NCBI GenBank assembly: GCA_003265885.1
Contig: QFBQ01000004.1
Location: forward strand, 473-64,472
DNA from: Candidatus Marinamargulisbacteria bacterium SCGC AG-343-D04
GTDB lineage: Bacteria > Margulisbacteria > Marinamargulisbacteria > GCA-2716485 > GCA-002719695
Reading direction: 5' to 3'
DNA length: 64,000 bases
Position 1 is the first letter of the stretch, and each line of letters opens with the position of its first letter. A program made the translations under genes and the position numbers. Positions 30,154-39,712 of the stretch are shown one piece after another. The notes beneath the pieces were generated by a model. It was given only the letters and a program-made list of their open reading frames with translations, had not been told where the DNA came from and did no database searches.

Positions 30154-31993
30154 AACTGCCATTATTTTAGCCGCAGGCCGAGGAACAAGACTTCGCCCAC
30201 ACCTAGATCCTGAATTGCCAAAAGGAGCTCTCCCTCTTAACAAAATTTCAAAAGATAAAATCCACACTAATAATGCAGAAAGTGTCATTGAATTCAGTAT
30301 CATTCAACTACTTCAACAAGGTATCGAACACATCTTTATTGGCACCGGACACGGCCATGAATGGTATGAAAACCTTGCAAAAAAATATCCTCAAATCACT
30401 TGTATTTACAACCCTATCTTTCAAGATTCAGGAAGCATGCATACTCTTTCCTTGATTATCCCACACATCAGCGAAGACTCCCTATTACTAGAATCTGACC
30501 TAATTTACGAAAAAAGAACACTTCGATATCTTCTAGAATCTCCTACTCAAAACGGACTCCTAAGCACTCCTTACTACTCTTTTGGAGATGAAGTTTTCAT
30601 TGAAAACACTGAAGATCAACTAAAATCTATGAGTAAAACAGCTCCAGACTCTCTAGAGAAGGCTCAAGTCTTAGCAGGTATAACAAAATGCTCTCTTCCT
30701 CTACTTCAGGCTATGAATACCTTCTACTCTTCTCAAGATTCTCACAATATAGACTATGAAGATGCACTCGTTCAGTCCTCAATACCTGTAACTCTCTTAC
30801 ACAACTCCGCAATTTCTATCATGGAAATTGATGATGCTATTCATCTAAAAAAAGCAGAAAAAACATGGACTACATTATGCCTTCATAACGCCACAGAACA
30901 CCATGAAAGAAAATATTTACTAAATCCAGGTCCAGCAACAACATCCAGCACCGTCAAAAAGGCACAGATTATCCCCGATATTTGTCCAAGAGAAGAAGAA
31001 TTCAATGCTGTTATGACAGAAATCTGTGATCAAATCAACTATATGTCATCTATATCTCCTCTTTCCTTGGCTACAACCTTGTTCAGTGGCTCAGGAACAG
31101 CTGCCGTTGAATCCATGATCAGTTCTTGTATTTCTTCAACAGAAAAATGCCTCATTATCGACCAAGGCGCTTATGGAAAACGAATGCAAAAAATTGCAGA
31201 AATTCATGGCATTCCTCACGAAATTTATACCCCAAACCCACTTAAAGAACTTCCCCTAAACACACTAGAAACACTGCTTAAGTCAGATTCATTCACACAT
31301 CTTGCTATTGTGCATCATGAAACCTCTACAGGCCTATTAAACAATATTCACGATATTGGAAAACTATCAAAAAAATACAATATTTTGCTATGTGTAGATG
31401 CTATGAGTTCTTTTGGCGCAACACCTATCGATCTCATTCAAGACAATATCGCATTCTGCGCTGCTAGCAGCAACAAAAACATCCAAGGGATGGCAGGAAT
31501 TAGTTTTGTAATCGCACAAAAAGAAGAACTCGAAGCTCTAAAAAACAAGCCAAAAAAAACCCTATATTTAGACCTATACGACCAATATCAGTACGCCATC
31601 ACTCAACACCAATGCAGATTCACCCCTCCTGTTCAATGTATGTATGCACTAAGAGAGGCATTACGTGAATTAAAACAAGAAGGACTCAAAAATAGATATG
31701 CACGCTATCAAGCTATGTGGGCACTCATCACAAACTGCCTCGTAAACCATGGTTTTGATTATATAATCGATGATAAAGTCCACGGAAAACTGATCACATC
31801 CTTCATTATCCCAGAAAATAGTTCCTTTTCATTCGACGACTTTCACAGTTTCTTATACCGACACCATATCACTATTTATCCAGGAAAAATAGCAGAACAC
31901 AACACCTTTCGTATCGCAACAATTGGGGATTTAAACACTGAAGATATAGATCATATTTGCAAGATTATCGACAATTATTTCAGTAAAAAATAA
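30146..31993 (+). CDS. Phosphonate cytidylyltransferase-like (PntC/LicC) domain fused to a 2-aminoethylphosphonate aminotransferase (AepZ/PhnW-like)
   Basis: N-terminal IILAAGRGTRL, LLLESDL; C-terminal LLNPGPATT, HHETSTG, VDAMSSFG, SSNK (PLP Lys), RFTPP. Confidence 0.92.
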   Translation: MIKTAIILAAGRGTRLRPHLDPELPKGALPLNKISKDKIHTNNAESVIEFSIIQLLQQGIEHIFIGTGHGHEWYENLAKKYPQITCIYNPIFQDSGSMHTLSLIIPHISEDSLLLESDLIYEKRTLRYLLESPTQNGLLSTPYYSFGDEVFIENTEDQLKSMSKTAPDSLEKAQVLAGITKCSLPLLQAMNTFYSSQDSHNIDYEDALVQSSIPVTLLHNSAISIMEIDDAIHLKKAEKTWTTLCLHNATEHHERKYLLNPGPATTSSTVKKAQIIPDICPREEEFNAVMTEICDQINYMSSISPLSLATTLFSGSGTAAVESMISSCISSTEKCLIIDQGAYGKRMQKIAEIHGIPHEIYTPNPLKELPLNTLETLLKSDSFTHLAIVHHETSTGLLNNIHDIGKLSKKYNILLCVDAMSSFGATPIDLIQDNIAFCAASSNKNIQGMAGISFVIAQKEELEALKNKPKKTLYLDLYDQYQYAITQHQCRFTPPVQCMYALREALRELKQEGLKNRYARYQAMWALITNCLVNHGFDYIIDDKVHGKLITSFIIPENSSFSFDDFHSFLYRHHITIYPGKIAEHNTFRIATIGDLNTEDIDHICKIIDNYFSKK

Positions 31994-32008
31994 CAAAAAA
32001 AAACGCCC

Positions 32009-32842
32009 TTATTTAGCTATAAACTCTCGTATATACTCTGCCATTCGTCGAGGATACTCTAAAGGCAACAAATGCGTAGCCTCCTCACATCGTATGGCCC
32101 TAAACTGCGGACATGATTTTCGAAAACGATTCACCATAGACTCTGAAATTACATCCGAATACTGCCCATAAATCAATAATATATCAGAATCTATTTCTTT
32201 AAGATTTCTCCATATATAAGGAGCATGCCATACCCCTGTTTCATAAATTTTTGCTTCCCATTTCACATCAAATGCCAAGGACACCCCATTAGTTGACGTA
32301 ACAAAAATACTTTCAATATAATAGCGTAACGATTCATCTGAAAAATATTTAAAAACTCTCTTTTTTCGATATTGGCAAAACACATCCTCCATAGAGTCAA
32401 AACATGTTCGTCGCTTTAATGTACGATTAATATAAGGATGAACTCGACGGTGCAAACCCAATAACCAAAAAAATGAATATCCAAAAAAAACTGGATACGA
32501 AAAAATAGCAGGATCAATCAGAATCATTTTTCTAGGTCTACACAAACCTCTCATAGCTGCAAGCAACCACAATGTTGCCCCAATAGAATGACCCACTACA
32601 ACATCCACCTCTTGTCTTTCCTTTAAAAAAGAATGAACATCATCAACAAAAGGATCCCAATTTCTCAAAGAAGGAGGGATTAAAGCCGGCCAATGAGGCC
32701 TCAACAACATAGACTGTATCGTATACTCTGGCAAACAGGAAAAAAGAGGGGTATACACCGATGGAGGATAGCCATTAGCATGTAAAAAATACAGAGAAGA
32801 ATCTCCATCCCCAAAACATTCGGACGGAATTTGAATGGACAT
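32009..32842 (-). CDS. Alpha/beta fold hydrolase
   Basis: HANGY oxyanion motif, GHSIG nucleophile, C-terminal HLLP. Confidence 0.9.
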   Translation of the reverse strand: MSIQIPSECFGDGDSSLYFLHANGYPPSVYTPLFSCLPEYTIQSMLLRPHWPALIPPSLRNWDPFVDDVHSFLKERQEVDVVVGHSIGATLWLLAAMRGLCRPRKMILIDPAIFSYPVFFGYSFFWLLGLHRRVHPYINRTLKRRTCFDSMEDVFCQYRKKRVFKYFSDESLRYYIESIFVTSTNGVSLAFDVKWEAKIYETGVWHAPYIWRNLKEIDSDILLIYGQYSDVISESMVNRFRKSCPQFRAIRCEEATHLLPLEYPRRMAEYIREFIAK

Positions 32843-32857
32843 AAATATAGTATAACA
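32840..32857 (-). promoter_or_regulatory. Putative extended -10 6 nt before the hydrolase ATG (leaderless)
   Basis: TGT-TATACT-atattt-ATG. Confidence 0.55.
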
Positions 32858-32889
32858 CCCTTACAAAATTTCCGAAAAACAATCATTAA

Positions 32890-32907
32890 TGCTATCCTAA
32901 CACTATG
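32890..32907 (+). promoter_or_regulatory. Putative extended -10 6 nt before the permease ATG (leaderless)
   Basis: TGC-TATCCT-aacact-ATG. Confidence 0.5.
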
Positions 32908-33939
32908 GAAAATGAAAACTCCTGTTGTCACCCCAAATCAAAATGGTATACAGACAAACTCATCATAGCCTCAATTATCGGTATTTTAATGATGCCTATA
33001 ACAACTTTTCTCACTAATGATGTAGGACTTATTATTTATGGAGTTTCATTTTTCAAAGAGACATGGTTTCCTATATCTCTAGGGCTTCTAATAGGAGGAT
33101 TGATTGAGTACTATATCCCAAGAAACTATATCGAAAAGCTCCTAGCTAACCCTAAAAAAAGGACGCTTCTTTCGGCAGCTCTTATAGGATCCCTTCTTTC
33201 TACTTGCTCTCATGGAATTTTAGCCATAAGCATGCAGCTATACAAAAAAGGCGCCTCTATTCCATCTGTCATCGTATTATTAACGGCATCCCCTTGGGCC
33301 AATTTTCCCATTACCATCTTATTATTAAAGTTTTTTGGCTTACAAGGCCTACTATTAATAGTCATATCTGTATTTATTGCCATCATTACCGGACTAATCT
33401 TTCGAGAACTCGATAAAAAACATCTCCTCGATCATTATCCAAGCAACAATTTAAAAAGCTTCAACGATTTTTCAATTCGACACGATATAAAAAAACGTTT
33501 TAAAGCCTACTCATTTAGCATATCTCAATGCAAAATAGATATAAAGGGCGTCTTCAACGGAGCTGTTAATCTATCCAACATGGTACTCACCTGGTTTATT
33601 CTCGCGCTAATCATGGCTACCTATTTAGGTTATTATATTCCCACACAGTTATTTCAACAGTATTTAGGCAACAACCTTCTAGGACTATTCAATACCTTAC
33701 TAGGAGCATCGGTTATTGAAGTATGCTCAGAAGGGTCTTCAGTTCTAGCCTTTGAAATCCATAAGCATACAGGCGCACTTGGAAATGTCTTAGTCTTTCT
33801 CTTAGCAGGCGTTGCCACAGACTACACAGAAATTGGACTGTTATGGAAAACCATTGGAAAAAAAACAGCGATTTTATTACCAATCATCTGCATCCCCTTT
33901 ATCTTACTTGCAGGGATAGCTCTAAACACCTTTTTATAA
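32905..33939 (+). CDS. Predicted permease (DUF318/ArsP-like)
   Basis: Multi-TM; duplicated CSHG / CSEG motifs. Confidence 0.8.
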   Translation: MENENSCCHPKSKWYTDKLIIASIIGILMMPITTFLTNDVGLIIYGVSFFKETWFPISLGLLIGGLIEYYIPRNYIEKLLANPKKRTLLSAALIGSLLSTCSHGILAISMQLYKKGASIPSVIVLLTASPWANFPITILLLKFFGLQGLLLIVISVFIAIITGLIFRELDKKHLLDHYPSNNLKSFNDFSIRHDIKKRFKAYSFSISQCKIDIKGVFNGAVNLSNMVLTWFILALIMATYLGYYIPTQLFQQYLGNNLLGLFNTLLGASVIEVCSEGSSVLAFEIHKHTGALGNVLVFLLAGVATDYTEIGLLWKTIGKKTAILLPIICIPFILLAGIALNTFL

Positions 33940-33940
33940 G

Positions 33941-34381
33941 TTACCAGGACCCAACACTTTCCATAGAAACCCAAGGTTCTTGAACTGGCAAAGCCTCCCC
34001 TTTCTGCAATAATTCAATAGAGATCCCATCTGGAGATTTGATAAAGGCCATGCGTCCATCTTTTGGCGGACGATTTATCTCTATACCTTTTTCAATTAAC
34101 TGATCACAAAACGTATAAATATTATCTACAGAAAAAGCTAAATGACCAAAGTTTCTTCCTCCCGAATAGGTTTCTGCATCCCAGTTATAGGTCAATTCCA
34201 ACAAGGGAGCTTTATGCTCTTTAGCCTGTTCAACATCATCAGACGCAGCTAAAAAAATCAAAGTAAATCGACCCTTTTCATAGTCAGATCGACGGACTTC
34301 TTTCATACCCAAACACTCACAATAAAAGTGCAAAGACTCTTCTATATTCGAAATTCTAACCATCGTATGCAAATAATTCAT
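33941..34381 (-). CDS. gloA: Lactoylglutathione lyase (glyoxalase I)
   Basis: YLHTMVR, LELTYNW, GRNFGHLAF, AFIKSPDGISIEL. Confidence 0.95.
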   Translation of the reverse strand: MNYLHTMVRISNIEESLHFYCECLGMKEVRRSDYEKGRFTLIFLAASDDVEQAKEHKAPLLELTYNWDAETYSGGRNFGHLAFSVDNIYTFCDQLIEKGIEINRPPKDGRMAFIKSPDGISIELLQKGEALPVQEPWVSMESVGSW

Positions 34382-34393
34382 GTTACTTCCTTT

Positions 34394-35606
34394 TTATTTT
34401 CCTACATTCATTCCCGCAATATAACCCGTAGACCAGGCATTTTGAAAATTGAAGCCCCCTGTAACACCATCTATATTCAAACATTCCCCCACAACAAACA
34501 GGCCAGGAATAGCTTTGGACTCCATCGTTTTCATTGACATTGTATCACAATTCACCCCGCCACTCGTTACAAACTCTTCTTTAAAAACACCTTTCGCCGT
34601 CAAGCTATACCGATCTTTTTTCAAAAGATCGACTAAGACTCTCAATTTTTTTTGAGATAACGTCGACCATGTACATCCATCAGCATCACACTTAGTTAAA
34701 AAATAGCGCCATAAGCGTAAAGGAATGTCTGAAAAGAGTGACTGAGTCTGACATTGCTGATTAGAGCCCGCATTCTTCATCTCAGAAAAACGATTAAACA
34801 CATCCTCATGAGAAAAGCCTGGCAACCAATCTACGTCAAAAGAAGATCTATATCCACATTCATGTAAATATCGAGCAGACCACGCCGATGCCTTAATTAT
34901 CGCAGGCCCGCTCATACCCCAATGAGTAATCAATAATGCCCCCTCTTGAGGCTTGAAACCAGGAACTGTAATCGTAGCATTAGCTACAGACAAACCCATC
35001 AACGAACACAACTGCTTATCTTGAATAGTAAAGCTGAACAAAGACGGAACAGGATCCACCACATCCATTTCTAAAGATCGTAAAAAATCATAGCCTTGTC
35101 TCCCCCCCCCCTGAGGCCATAATCACTCGATTAAATACCCGTTCTGGAGCATTATGAAAATGACAAGAAAAATCACCGGACTCTAAACGGTGAATAGATT
35201 TAACACCACATGCCGTTTGAATCTTTACCCCCACAGACTTAGCCTCCTGTAACAAACAATCCACAATATCTTGAGACAAGTCTGATACAGGAAATACTCT
35301 ATTATCGTCCTCCACTTTCAGCTCAACACCTCTAGATGAAAACCATTGCATCGTATCTTCAGGTTGAAATTGCTGAAAAACACTCAACAAAGCCTTTCCA
35401 CCTCTTGGATAAAACTCTGTTAATTGTCGGGTATCAAAGCAGGCATGTGTTACATTACACCTTCCCCCACCTGAAATCCGTACTTTTTGCAAGACTTCTT
35501 TACCTTTCTCAAACAAAATAACATCCGAATCTGGAAAAAAATATTTAGCATGAATAGCCGAAAAAAAACCCGATGCTCCGCCTCCTATAACAACTATAGA
35601 TACCAT
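34394..35606 (-). pseudogene. HI0933/YhiN-family FAD-dependent oxidoreductase split by a frameshift in a G10 tract (or a sequencing indel)
   Basis: N half: GGGASG, ISGGGRCNVT. C half: DPVPSLF, FVTSGGV, GGFNFQNAW. Removing one G at 35102-35111 gives a continuous 403-aa frame (…ASGGGRQGYDFLRSLEMDVVDP…). Confidence 0.88.
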
Positions 35607-35614
35607 ATGAAAAG

Positions 35615-36859
35615 CTAGCTTAAATGATCTTTAATTGTTTCAGCAAAAATCTGAACCCCCGAACGAATATCCTCATCCGTCGCCGTCAAACTAATACGAA
35701 AACAGTTCAACAACTCTTTATTAGAAATAGATTCAGCATTATGAAAAAACATAGATCCAGGAACAACCAATACTCCTTTTTCTTTAGCTTCAGCATAAAG
35801 CTCTAGATCTGTCCTTTTCAATTGAGGAACCCACAGCCAAGAAAATAGTCCACCTTGATGAACATGTAAGTACCAATCTAAATCTCCAAGAACATGTGTA
35901 AGAACATCCTCAACGCATTGTCTTTTCTTAAAATAAAGATCTTTCAAGTAACGCTGACACATCGATTCAAAATCATATTCTGTTAATACATCCGCAGCTA
36001 TCGCCTGTCCTAAACGAGAAGAATGAATTGTTGCATTAGACTGAAAACACTCTAACTTATCTATAACAGCTTCATCGCCAACTAACACCCCCATACGTTC
36101 TCCAGGTAACCCGCATTTTGACAGACTAAAAGAATATACCATATTTGGATACAGAGACATGTCTACAGACACATCTGTAATACCAGGAAAAGGTTCTGAA
36201 TAAGCAGAATCTACAAAAATAGGAAAATCATATTCTTTGGCCATGGATGCAAATTCATGAAACACATCATCTTCTAAGACATTCCCCGTAGGATTCGACG
36301 GTCGAGAAAAAGCCATAGCCCCGACTTTTTTCTGAGTCAAAATCTGACGAATACGGGATACATCCACTTGATATTTAAAAGTATGAGGTGACACTATAGA
36401 GGTATTAGGAACAACCGTAAGTGGATCTTCTAAAGAAACCCAACTCGACTTATACCCCGTATAATCTGGATTTAAAGGCAACAATAATGGCTGAGACTGA
36501 TCACAAAACATATTGGTCCCGTAAAAAATACCCGCCTGGCTTCCTGGTGTAATCAAAATATTTCGTTCAGATATATCCCACTGATATCTCTGTCTAAAAT
36601 AATCTTTTACAACGCCTACAAACGGTTGGTACCCCTGACTATCTCCATAACGCCCTATAATCGAGTCGAAATCTGGAGTCTCCATAATCTTAGATAAAGA
36701 TGACTTCCACAATTCTCCAATTTCAGGGATGACAAGAGGATTTCCTGCACTTAAATTAATGAACGATTTTCCGGCACCTAAGGACTCTTTAATATCGGCC
36801 ATAATGGCACGAACACCTGTAAGTTGAGTTATTTTTTTACCTATTTCAGATACATCCAT
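35615..36859 (-). CDS. avtA: Valine--pyruvate transaminase
   Basis: TQLTGVRAIM, INLSAGNP, SRPSNPTG, DSAY, SLSKCGLPGER. Confidence 0.88.
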   Translation of the reverse strand: MDVSEIGKKITQLTGVRAIMADIKESLGAGKSFINLSAGNPLVIPEIGELWKSSLSKIMETPDFDSIIGRYGDSQGYQPFVGVVKDYFRQRYQWDISERNILITPGSQAGIFYGTNMFCDQSQPLLLPLNPDYTGYKSSWVSLEDPLTVVPNTSIVSPHTFKYQVDVSRIRQILTQKKVGAMAFSRPSNPTGNVLEDDVFHEFASMAKEYDFPIFVDSAYSEPFPGITDVSVDMSLYPNMVYSFSLSKCGLPGERMGVLVGDEAVIDKLECFQSNATIHSSRLGQAIAADVLTEYDFESMCQRYLKDLYFKKRQCVEDVLTHVLGDLDWYLHVHQGGLFSWLWVPQLKRTDLELYAEAKEKGVLVVPGSMFFHNAESISNKELLNCFRISLTATDEDIRSGVQIFAETIKDHLS

Positions 36860-36990
36860 CGTTTTTCCTGTTATCCCTTTTCAAAAGTCGATTACTTAAA
36901 AGAAAGTAGCACATAACCCATTAAAAAAGAAGATTACAAGTCAAAAAAACCATCGTTTTAAATACAAAAATAAAAGAAAATTATACACAT

Positions 36991-37614
36991 TTAAAATGCA
37001 TATACACATGCAACTGATGTTCTATCCAATGCAGGTTGAATCTTAAAAGAAAAATTAGAGTTAGATTTCAAAATCATTTGATCAATCATGACCTCTGTAG
37101 TTGTCCTAGATAAAAAACTATGTAAACTAAAACCGAGAAAAATCACACTATTGGCAGATAACGCATCTAAATTAGGATTCTTATAAATTTCAATTCCTAC
37201 TGGAATTAATAAGAGTGCTGAATTTAAATACCTCTCCTTAGCATACTCATGTTTAATATCCTTCAAAGCATCTAAAGCCGAATAACTCCCTACATCAAGA
37301 AATCTCTTATACAGCAGTTCATTTTTTCCCGGAGTAAATCCTGTAAAAAAAGATGAAGAAAAAATAAGCGCAGAAGAAGCTAAAACAATTTTTTGATCAT
37401 CATCCGAATAATCTTTCACAAGTGTAGTCGCTGCTAATGTAGCTGAAACAATAATTAAGCTTAATGAACTTTGTTCTCTATAAATAGAAGACTCATCATG
37501 TAAGTATTTCAAAAATACTTCCGGAGTCATATCATGTTCACTTTGTGCATAAATGTCATGACTTCCCAACACGATACAAAAAACAACCATTATCAATAAT
37601 TTTAAAATTTTCAT
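36991..37614 (-). CDS. Hypothetical membrane/exported protein
   Basis: Signal peptide plus several hydrophobic segments. Start moved to 37614 because the track start (37671) lies inside the terminator hairpin. Confidence 0.65.
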   Translation of the reverse strand: MKILKLLIMVVFCIVLGSHDIYAQSEHDMTPEVFLKYLHDESSIYREQSSLSLIIVSATLAATTLVKDYSDDDQKIVLASSALIFSSSFFTGFTPGKNELLYKRFLDVGSYSALDALKDIKHEYAKERYLNSALLLIPVGIEIYKNPNLDALSANSVIFLGFSLHSFLSRTTTEVMIDQMILKSNSNFSFKIQPALDRTSVACVYAF

Positions 37615-37669
37615 CTTTAAAAAGATAACAAAATTAAATACACATGAAAATAATATTTTATAGAAAAAC

Positions 37670-37698
37670 AAAAGAGGTCACTTTACATGACCTCTTTT
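37670..37698 (-). terminator. Rho-independent terminator after the 94-aa orphan
   Basis: aaaagaggtca-ctttaca-tgacctctttt inverted repeat with T-runs on both strands. Confidence 0.8.
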
Positions 37699-37727
37699 TT
37701 AAAAAATTAATAAAAATTTTCTCTATC

Positions 37728-38012
37728 TTATGGGCAATTAACTCTTTTTGGTTCTCCACCAGAGACACATACAAATGATGCATGGTTGGGTGGAGCGGGT
37801 GATTTTGTTTGTGACAAATCCACCTGTCCAAGGCATCTTAACCTATTTCTCATTGCCTTACTATTAGCAGCCCTTTGTTTTTCAGCCTTATTCTCAGCAA
37901 TTTTAGCAGCTTTTTCAGCCTCCTTCTTCGCATTGGCAGCTTGAATCCTTCCTCGTCCATTTTTGCCAGCAGCAGTTCTCGCTAATGCTACCATGTATTT
38001 AGATCTGAACAT
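37728..38012 (-). CDS. Basic orphan protein, 94 aa
   Basis: Perfect AGGAGGTG RBS, own terminator, AT-rich upstream spacer. Confidence 0.8.
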   Translation of the reverse strand: MFRSKYMVALARTAAGKNGRGRIQAANAKKEAEKAAKIAENKAEKQRAANSKAMRNRLRCLGQVDLSQTKSPAPPNHASFVCVSGGEPKRVNCP

Positions 38013-38220
38013 TTTTTCACCTCCTATAGTTTTAATTTCAATTTCTTTTCTAATTAGTTATCGCATTTAATTTATGATTAATTTCATTTTTTTTATACAT
38101 TATTTATATAATAAGTAAAAGGATCTTCTTTAAATGAATATCTTTAATAACATTCAAGGTAGTCTCAGAAATTTTTTTTACTCGCTCAAAGTGTCAAAAC
38201 AATTATGATCTAAAAAAAGA

Positions 38221-38985
38221 ATGTGGAATAAAAAGTCCCTCAGTATTATCCTTAAAACGCTGATGACTAAAAATAAATGTAACACTGGCGACAATATTAT
38301 GATCACTGAAGGCGAAAAGTGGACGTTTGACAAAAATGTCCCTCAAAAATTTGAAGATCATATCTCTAAATCGGTGCCCTTTTATAAAGAAGGTCACGAC
38401 CTCATTTTAAAATTGAGCCACTATTTCACAAAAAAAGAATCAATCATCTATGAACTAGGATCTTCCACAGGTATTCTCAGTTACCATCTCGCTCAACACC
38501 ATGAAAAAAAGAATTGCCAGGTCATCGGCTATGATATTTCAGAAAAAATGATCGATCATGCAAAACAGTCATACTCCCATCCTTCTCTACACTTTGATCA
38601 ACAAGATATTAGCTCTATACCTCTTAAAAAATCAGATCTCATCATTTCATATTACACACTACAATTTATTGAAACAAAAAAACGACTTCCCTTAGTTAAA
38701 TCTATCTATAAAGCCCTAAACCCCGGAGCTGCCTTCATCTTCTTTGAAAAAACCCTAAACCCAAACAAAAAATTTCAAAACTTGCTCACTGACTTATACA
38801 TCAACTTCAAACAAGACAATGGCTACAGCATAGAAGAAATAAACAATAAAGCGAAGAGTCTCATTGGTGTTTTAGAACCCCACTCTGAAACTGAAAACTT
38901 AGAACTTTTAAAAGAAAGTTCATTCACACACATCACCCCTATCTTTCAATATCTGAATTTTCAAGGGTATTTAGCCATAAAATAA
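38221..38985 (+). CDS. CmoA-like class I SAM-dependent methyltransferase
   Basis: WTFD...FEDHISKSVPFY, ELGSSTG, YDIS, YYTLQF. The real start may be 38263. Confidence 0.8.
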   Translation: MWNKKSLSIILKTLMTKNKCNTGDNIMITEGEKWTFDKNVPQKFEDHISKSVPFYKEGHDLILKLSHYFTKKESIIYELGSSTGILSYHLAQHHEKKNCQVIGYDISEKMIDHAKQSYSHPSLHFDQQDISSIPLKKSDLIISYYTLQFIETKKRLPLVKSIYKALNPGAAFIFFEKTLNPNKKFQNLLTDLYINFKQDNGYSIEEINNKAKSLIGVLEPHSETENLELLKESSFTHITPIFQYLNFQGYLAIK

Positions 38986-38991
38986 GTTCAT

Positions 38992-39708
38992 TTATTTCAC
39001 GACCTCTTTAAAACCCCCGTTTTTCAAAAAGAAAACTGTCTGATCTAATACGTCCTGATCATTCATAATCCACGAATGACTAGCATGAACCGTCATAAAA
39101 TCCTTACCTTGAATTTCTGCACTTTTTAGAGAAACTTTTCCATCATTGTCGCCAGGAATCATCAACGAAAAAAATGGATTCAAAGATTTTGTCCCCGCAA
39201 TAACCCCAAGTGAATAATGAGGGACTGGCAACCGATTAGGAACACTCGACTCATCCGTCGATAATTGCATAAACGCAGGTCCTAACCACCATCTATAGAA
39301 AAAAACATTCCCAAGTTTGTCGACCAACTCACTCCCCTTATTAGGTGGGGCAATCATCACAACATGTCCTAGTTTTTCCAAAGATCGCTCATTCAAATAA
39401 TAACGTACCAAAATGCCTCCCAAAGAATGGGTCACAAAATGAATAGTCTCAGATTTAGAACACAATTGAACTGCCGGTTCAATATAGTCAGACACCAAAA
39501 CATCTATAGTATATTTTCTAGAAGGATAATTAACATTATAGACAACATACCCTTCTTTTTCTAAAACAGTCGCCATTTTAGCCATAGATCTAGACGTTCT
39601 CCCCAACCCATGCGCCACAACAACACATTCATCCTCAATAGCTGCAACTAATCCCGACGATAAAAAATAAATAGAAAAGAAAAAAACAACAAAAAAACAT
39701 CTCTTCAT
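38992..39708 (-). CDS. Exported lipase/esterase-like alpha/beta hydrolase
   Basis: Signal peptide, AHGLGR, FVTHSLGG, DGKVS, HSWI. Confidence 0.88.
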   Translation of the reverse strand: MKRCFFVVFFFSIYFLSSGLVAAIEDECVVVAHGLGRTSRSMAKMATVLEKEGYVVYNVNYPSRKYTIDVLVSDYIEPAVQLCSKSETIHFVTHSLGGILVRYYLNERSLEKLGHVVMIAPPNKGSELVDKLGNVFFYRWWLGPAFMQLSTDESSVPNRLPVPHYSLGVIAGTKSLNPFFSLMIPGDNDGKVSLKSAEIQGKDFMTVHASHSWIMNDQDVLDQTVFFLKNGGFKEVVK

Positions 39709-39712
39709 GACT

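Noticed and set aside
30146-31993. AEP catabolism (PhnW/PhnX) or a phosphonate antibiotic cluster
   Set aside because: PepM and Ppd are upstream, and there is no phnX or fosfomycin/phosphinothricin tailoring gene; the LicDs point to surface decoration.
38221-38985. Methyltransferase as the AEP N-methylase
   Set aside because: It is 6 kb from the cluster and its motifs fit the CmoA-like family.
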